Under the pieces are notes generated by a model, which did no database searches, was not told where the DNA came from, and saw nothing but the letters and a program-made list of their open reading frames with translations. This document shows, piece after piece, positions 27,603 to 32,000 of a stretch of 32,000 bases of DNA (positions are counted from its first letter, which is position 1; each line of letters starts with the position of its first letter). The translations under genes were made by a program, and so were the position numbers. This stretch comes from Faecalibacterium sp. CAG:74 (GTDB taxonomy: Bacteria > Bacillota > Clostridia > Lachnospirales > Lachnospiraceae): NCBI GenBank assembly GCA_963595425.1, contig CAVBHN010000007.1, positions 22,951 through 54,950 on the forward strand, given 5' to 3'.

Positions 27603-28646
27603 TTATGCAAAAACGATGCAGACCGGACTTCCGGTCTTGATAATGTTAAGTGTCGGAATTAACTGTCCTGTTGACTGATCAAAGTCAAATTCGACAATCG
27701 TATCACTGTCTTCATTTGCCACATAGCATTTTCCGTTTTTTGCAAAGCAGAAAAATCTCGGCGTTTTTCCAAGGCATGAAAAGAAGCCTGTATTTTTTAA
27801 ATATCCCGTAACCGGATCGATTCTATAAACTGCTATACTGTCTGTATATCTGTTTGAAACAAGTACAAATCTTCCGCTGGGATCGATCATCACCTCGCTT
27901 GCATCAGAGTAGCCTGTCACTGTTTCAGGTACCGTTGTCAGCTCCTGCAGAGCTTCAAAGCTTCCGTCCTGTTCATCAAACCTGAAATAAAGAACCTTAT
28001 TTCCTTTTTCCTCACACATATAAACCCATCGGTTATTTTGATGTACTGCTGCATGTCTTGGCTCATCCCATGTTCTTGAGAAAAACTGCGCTGTCTGTGA
28101 AAGCTCTCCGGTCTCATGATTATATTTAAGTGCTCTCATCTGGCCATATCCATTGATTCGCCCTTGTGCGCATGCAAATATATAATTTTTCTTCTGATCC
28201 CAAATACATTGATGTATTGTAGATACCTTTCCGGGCTCCTTGCCCTCATAGGTATATTTAGCAATCACGTCACCCAATGAGCCGTCTGCATTTCTGTTTA
28301 TCGTATAAAGTGTTCCGCCCTGCAGAGTTGCCACAATTATATGTTTATTTTCTTTATCTACTGTTATATCAACAGGATTTCTTCCGCCTATATCAATTGT
28401 GTTTAAATGCTCGAGCGTATGATCCTCTGAAATTTTATAACTGCTGATTTTGGTAAAATCACCATGGACCGAATATAAAAATTCCTTTGCGGCATCCAAT
28501 GTCTGATATGATGGATTCGGCTCAGTCTCAAGACACTGAATAAGCTTCCATTCACCTGTTCTGTCGTTTACTTCATAAACGCACAATCCCTTTCCACGGG
28601 CATTTCTTTCCTTTGTGGTTCTGCACCCAACATATGCATAGCTCAT
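27603..28646 (-). CDS. 7-bladed beta-propeller lactonase / cycloisomerase family protein (Pgl/YbhE-like fold)
   Basis: A 347-aa ORF with repeating beta-strand blades and the family-typical EPRHAAVH and GKTPRFFCF motifs (E. coli YbhE has GAGPRHMVFHP and TQPRGFNV). The SD GAGGAGG precedes the ATG at 28646. Confidence 0.7.
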   Translation of the reverse strand: MSYAYVGCRTTKERNARGKGLCVYEVNDRTGEWKLIQCLETEPNPSYQTLDAAKEFLYSVHGDFTKISSYKISEDHTLEHLNTIDIGGRNPVDITVDKENKHIIVATLQGGTLYTINRNADGSLGDVIAKYTYEGKEPGKVSTIHQCIWDQKKNYIFACAQGRINGYGQMRALKYNHETGELSQTAQFFSRTWDEPRHAAVHQNNRWVYMCEEKGNKVLYFRFDEQDGSFEALQELTTVPETVTGYSDASEVMIDPSGRFVLVSNRYTDSIAVYRIDPVTGYLKNTGFFSCLGKTPRFFCFAKNGKCYVANEDSDTIVEFDFDQSTGQLIPTLNIIKTGSPVCIVFA

Positions 28647-28676
28647 GTTTTATGACCTCCTCGTTAAAAAGTTCAC

Positions 28677-28694
28677 GAAACACAATTGTGTTTC
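28677..28694. promoter_or_regulatory. Perfect 18-bp palindrome, a candidate operator upstream of the lactonase-cit operon
   Basis: GAAACACAATTGTGTTTC, 30 nt upstream of the lactonase ATG and between the aroD terminator and the SD. Confidence 0.4.
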
Positions 28695-28749
28695 TCATCC
28701 GCTTTTATTTGATAAGATCATATGTAATTTCTATGTAAAGATGAACTTC

Positions 28750-28795
28750 GTAAAACGACTAAGCGGGATATTCCATAATGGAATATCCCGCTTAG
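28750..28795 (-). terminator. Rho-independent terminator after aroD
   Basis: A perfect 16-17-bp stem (CTAAGCGGGATATTCCA / TGGAATATCCCGCTTAG) at 28759-28795. On the minus strand it is followed by TCGTTTTAC. It begins 27 nt downstream of the aroD stop. Confidence 0.75.
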
Positions 28796-28822
28796 TAATA
28801 GAATTGTATTTTATTTATAAAT

Positions 28823-29584
28823 TTATAAAGCACTATGAAGACTTGTGAGCATCTTCTTCAGTTCGCCTGCCTCCATTTGTCCTGGTGCAGATGCCTTTCC
28901 GACAGCACCGAATGTAAGAGCTGATCCAAATACTTCTCCGCAAATACGACTGATAACACCTGTTCCTGCCATAGACATTGTTATGATCGGACGATCGGCA
29001 TAATTGCTTGTCATCTCATTTGTTGCTTCAAGAAGTGTAAGCACATCCTTTTTGCTTTTTGGCATAACTGCAATCTTGGGAATATCTGCCCCAAGATCCT
29101 GCATCTTACGAAGTCTGTAGATAATATCTGATTTTTCCGGTGTTTTATCAAAATCGTGATTAGATGCAACAACCTTTACTCCGTATTTATGCGCTTCTTC
29201 AACAACTGCCTTTACAGCATCATCTCCTGTAAATGCCTCCATATCAACAAGATCAACATAACCCGTAGCACTTATTTTTTGATTAAGCTCAACGTATGCC
29301 GCTGTTTCAATAGCCTTTTCTCCGCCTTCCTTTGATGTACGGAATGTAAAAAGAACAGGCATATCTCCCAATACTTCTCTTAACTGCTTTGCAGTCTCTT
29401 TTACCTTTTCAAAATCAAATATATCCTCGTACCAATCTACACGCCATTCTACAAGATCGGCACCAACAGAAAGAAGATTTTGTGCAGCCTCAAGAATTTC
29501 ATCTCTTGTTTTTCCGACGATCGGAACACAAATTTTAGGGATTCCTTCTCCGAGTTTTATATTTCTAACTACTACTGGATTCAT
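28823..29584 (-). CDS. aroD: Type I 3-dehydroquinate dehydratase
   Basis: A 253-aa ORF with ICVPIVG, DLVEWRVDWY and FTFRTSKEGGEK. The catalytic His context is SNHDFDKTP and the Schiff-base Lys context is IPKIAVMP. Confidence 0.9.
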   Translation of the reverse strand: MNPVVVRNIKLGEGIPKICVPIVGKTRDEILEAAQNLLSVGADLVEWRVDWYEDIFDFEKVKETAKQLREVLGDMPVLFTFRTSKEGGEKAIETAAYVELNQKISATGYVDLVDMEAFTGDDAVKAVVEEAHKYGVKVVASNHDFDKTPEKSDIIYRLRKMQDLGADIPKIAVMPKSKKDVLTLLEATNEMTSNYADRPIITMSMAGTGVISRICGEVFGSALTFGAVGKASAPGQMEAGELKKMLTSLHSAL

Positions 29585-29614
29585 CGTAAATTCCTTTCTT
29601 AAATAAATACAGAT

Positions 29615-30490
29615 TTACTTTGCGTCTCTTATAGCAATAGCCTCAAGTAATTTTTCACGCATGGCAGCTACAGGTGCTTCCTTGCCTGTCCATATTTCAA
29701 TCTGAGCTGCTCCCTGATAAAGTGACATTCCAAGTCCGTTTAATATACGTGCTCCGGCCTCCTCTGCGTCTATCAGGAACTGGGTTTTTGTTGGATTATA
29801 GCATGCATCGAAGTAAAGCTTATCTTTAAAGAAGTATTCCTTCGGAAGCGGATCCTCTCCAATATGAACGCCCATTCCGATTCCGCTGGCATTCATAACA
29901 ATTGAAGCATCCTTAACCTTTGAATAATCCCCATTAGGACAAAACTCTGCTACAGGAGCGAATTTATTATTGATATCATCAACCAATGAACGGCTGCTTT
30001 CTTCGAATACGTCTGTTATATAAATCTTTTTTGCACCATGATCAGCAAGAGCTGAACACATAGCACGTCCTGCTCCGCCGCTTCCTATACAGAAATATGT
30101 ATGATCCTCAATGTTAACATTTACATCTCTTTGAAGTGATCTGATAAATCCGATTCCGTCGGTATTGTATCCGACTAATCTTCCATCTGCTGTCTTTACT
30201 ACAGTATTAGTTGCGCCCATCTTTGCGCACAATGGATCAAGCTCATCAAGATACTTGAGAACCTCTACTTTATTAGGCTTTGTTACGGCAAATCCGGCAA
30301 TATTCATATATCTGAGTCCCTTTACAACATCCTCGAGATGCTCACCGTTAACCTCTGTATAGAAATAAACCATATTTAATCCGGCTTCCTCATAAGCAGC
30401 ATTTTGCATAAGAGCTGCAAAAGACTGTCTAAGCGGTGAACCTAATAATGTTACAAACCTTGTGTTAATATCTACATTTGCCATAACCAT
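29615..30490 (-). CDS. Shikimate/quinate dehydrogenase family protein, YdiB-like
   Basis: FAVTKPNK, LVGYNTDGIGFIRSL, GSGGAGRAM, YNPTKTQFL and GLGMSLYQGAAQIEIWTGKEAP. It resembles my recollection of E. coli YdiB (EMQN, GYNTDGTGHIRAI, LLWQGAEQFTLWTGK) more than AroE. The ATG at 30484 is better spaced from GGAG than the one at 30490. Confidence 0.85.
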   Translation of the reverse strand: MVMANVDINTRFVTLLGSPLRQSFAALMQNAAYEEAGLNMVYFYTEVNGEHLEDVVKGLRYMNIAGFAVTKPNKVEVLKYLDELDPLCAKMGATNTVVKTADGRLVGYNTDGIGFIRSLQRDVNVNIEDHTYFCIGSGGAGRAMCSALADHGAKKIYITDVFEESSRSLVDDINNKFAPVAEFCPNGDYSKVKDASIVMNASGIGMGVHIGEDPLPKEYFFKDKLYFDACYNPTKTQFLIDAEEAGARILNGLGMSLYQGAAQIEIWTGKEAPVAAMREKLLEAIAIRDAK

Positions 30491-30521
30491 TTTCTCCTTC
30501 TACAAAAAAGTTCTACGATAT

Positions 30522-31391
30522 TCAGACAATATTCACCTGATAGTATTCCTCTACATATGTAATAAATTCCATGATTGACTCACTTCTAAAGCATCTGTCA
30601 GCCATCATAAGCCATACATTTCTGCTTACAACATTGCCCTTTGTATCATATACCGGAAGCATCTGAAGTTTTTCTTCGTTTATCTTCCATTCTGATCCAA
30701 ATACGAATGTTACACCTATCCCGCTTTCAACCATTTCAATGGCAATATCCGTATGTGGCACACTGTAATTGCCCTGAGGAATTTCTCCAAAGTGATTCTG
30801 CCACCATTGGTTTACCATAAGCTTTACAAGCGGATTGTAATTAGATTCAATCAATGTATGCTGTGGTATTTCCTCAAACCGCATCCCTTTTGGTGTAACC
30901 ATATACATTTCTTCGTTCATCAGACATATTTTTTCTCCGATATAAGGATAATCACCACATATTATACCTATATCAAGGCTTCCGCCCGTAAGCTGCTGAA
31001 TAATATTATCGCTGGTATTCGGCACCGTCTGAATCTGCAAATTATTGTATTTTTTCAGATATCCCATTAGAAGCTGCGGCATATGAATTCTTGCAAATGA
31101 ATTCGGAACTCCGATCTTCAGTAAATCTTTTTTTGCCTTTCCATGAAAATGATGCTCTATTTCATTAAAGAAATCAATCATAATCTCTGCCTTTTTCAAT
31201 AGATATTTTCCATCATCCGTGAAAATGACACCCTGGCTGTTTCTCTTTACTACCTCTATCCCCCATTCGTCTTCTATAGCCTTCACTCTTTTTGTAAGTG
31301 CAGACTGCGTCATATAAAGCTCATCAGCGGCCTTGCTCATGCTTTTTTTTTCATAAAGAGCTATTAAAATCTTCCAATCTATATTTTTCAT
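30522..31391 (-). CDS. LysR-family transcriptional regulator
   Basis: A 289-aa ORF with the wHTH SMSKAADELYMTQSALTKRVKAIEDEWG and a type-2 periplasmic-binding-fold effector domain. It lies 31 nt upstream of the dehydrogenase gene. Confidence 0.88.
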   Translation of the reverse strand: MKNIDWKILIALYEKKSMSKAADELYMTQSALTKRVKAIEDEWGIEVVKRNSQGVIFTDDGKYLLKKAEIMIDFFNEIEHHFHGKAKKDLLKIGVPNSFARIHMPQLLMGYLKKYNNLQIQTVPNTSDNIIQQLTGGSLDIGIICGDYPYIGEKICLMNEEMYMVTPKGMRFEEIPQHTLIESNYNPLVKLMVNQWWQNHFGEIPQGNYSVPHTDIAIEMVESGIGVTFVFGSEWKINEEKLQMLPVYDTKGNVVSRNVWLMMADRCFRSESIMEFITYVEEYYQVNIV

Positions 31392-31404
31392 TTCAAAAAC
31401 TAAA

Positions 31405-32000
31405 TCACTTCTGTTTTATATATTTTTCAACATAGTCTACGAATTCCTCAAGATACTCCGAAAGCCTTTTATTTTTGGAATAAATAAACCATGTATTTCT
31501 TGTTACATCTCTTCCGTCACTATATGTAAGAGGCATAAGGCATAAATTATATGTGTTTTCAAAATTGTCCGGAAGAAAGCAAATAGTATATCCTATACCT
31601 CGTGAAATAAGCTGCCATGCCACATCTACATAACCCACAACCATTCCGGACGGAAAACCCGTATTAAATCTATCCTTCCACCAATCACTTAATATTTCCG
31701 CTGTTCTGTCATTTGTTTTATAACCAAGATATTGCATATCCTTAAGACTTGAAAGCTCAGTCTTTTCCTTTGTTACCAAATAAGCCCTGTTTTTATCAAC
31801 AAGTGTGCGGTTTACAGGTCCGTCATAGTCGCCTCTGATAAAGCCTACATCTATAGATTCATCCAGCATTTTTCTGAAAAGCACATTGCTTTGCTCGTTT
31901 ATAATACTGAAATTGATATGCGGATGCTCTTTTCTGTATGCCAGCAGCAGATCGGAAAGCATATATTTACTGAACGTATATGAAGAGCCTATGATAATTT
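31405..32000 (-). CDS. LysR-family transcriptional regulator (effector domain). The N-terminal HTH lies beyond the right edge.
   Basis: The frame stays open upstream of the ORF-track Met through to position 32000 (...IIIGSSYTFSKYMLSDLLLAYRKEHP...). It is paralogous to the next gene (shared GDY, WW..F, GIG.T and R..W patterns). Its stop lies 13 nt from the next start. Confidence 0.8.
   Translation of the reverse strand, partial: IIIGSSYTFSKYMLSDLLLAYRKEHPHINFSIINEQSNVLFRKMLDESIDVGFIRGDYDGPVNRTLVDKNRAYLVTKEKTELSSLKDMQYLGYKTNDRTAEILSDWWKDRFNTGFPSGMVVGYVDVAWQLISRGIGYTICFLPDNFENTYNLCLMPLTYSDGRDVTRNTWFIYSKNKRLSEYLEEFVDYVEKYIKQK

Noticed and set aside
30491-30521. A direct repeat, TTCTAC-N7-TTCTAC, between the LysR gene and the dehydrogenase gene, considered as a regulator binding site.
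   Set aside because: It is only 6 bp repeated twice in AT-rich sequence next to the SD, which is easily chance. It has no dyad symmetry and no second occurrence upstream of the other operon.
1-32000. Mobile elements, prophage or defence genes, CRISPR repeats, tRNA and rRNA genes.
   Set aside because: No transposase, integrase or recombinase-like ORF is present. I saw no direct-repeat array and no inverted terminal repeats flanking the 21-32 kb catabolic region. No intergenic stretch has tRNA-like T-arm or anticodon-arm features. An eye scan cannot exclude short or degenerate repeats.

Overview
The window looks like chromosomal DNA from a low-GC Firmicute, probably a Clostridia or Lachnospiraceae-type organism. 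The evidence is gene content: HisZ with short-form HisG, RecU, Asp23-YloV/FakA-RecG and AT-rich codon usage. No database search was possible. About 90% of the window is coding, and 27 of 29 genes lie on the minus strand.

Positions 1-20.9 kb are housekeeping genes:
- hisD(partial)-hisG-hisZ
- recU, lepB, an RluA-family pseudouridine synthase and an RsmB/F-type m5C methyltransferase
- a coiled-coil protein, coaD and rsmD
- an MGS-like protein
- recG, yloV/fakA and asp23
- carA-carB, rpmB, asnA and thiN

Positions 21.2-32 kb look accessory and catabolic. One tightly packed operon encodes a beta-propeller lactonase, an anion permease, citD, citE, citF and an aconitase-family hydratase. A terminator separates it from a second unit of two tandem LysR regulators, a YdiB-like quinate/shikimate dehydrogenase and a type I dehydroquinase.

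I saw no rRNA, tRNA, CRISPR array, transposase, integrase or recognisable defence genes.

The most unusual observations are:
1. carB has no stop codon. It reads straight into a complete DapF-like domain, giving a 1342-aa ORF. In that domain the first of the two catalytic cysteines is Ala (CGNG becomes AGNS).
2. The citrate-lyase operon begins with a lactonase-family gene and ends with an aconitase-family gene. citC, citX and citG are absent from the window. A perfect 18-bp palindrome sits in front of the operon.
3. The dehydrogenase of the qui-like module has an altered substrate motif, and its two LysR paralogues are co-directional with it.
4. A short convergent spacer at 20.9-21.2 kb holds strong Shine-Dalgarno sites in front of very short, frame-broken ORFs.

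All functional calls rest on motif recognition by eye and need HMM or BLAST confirmation.
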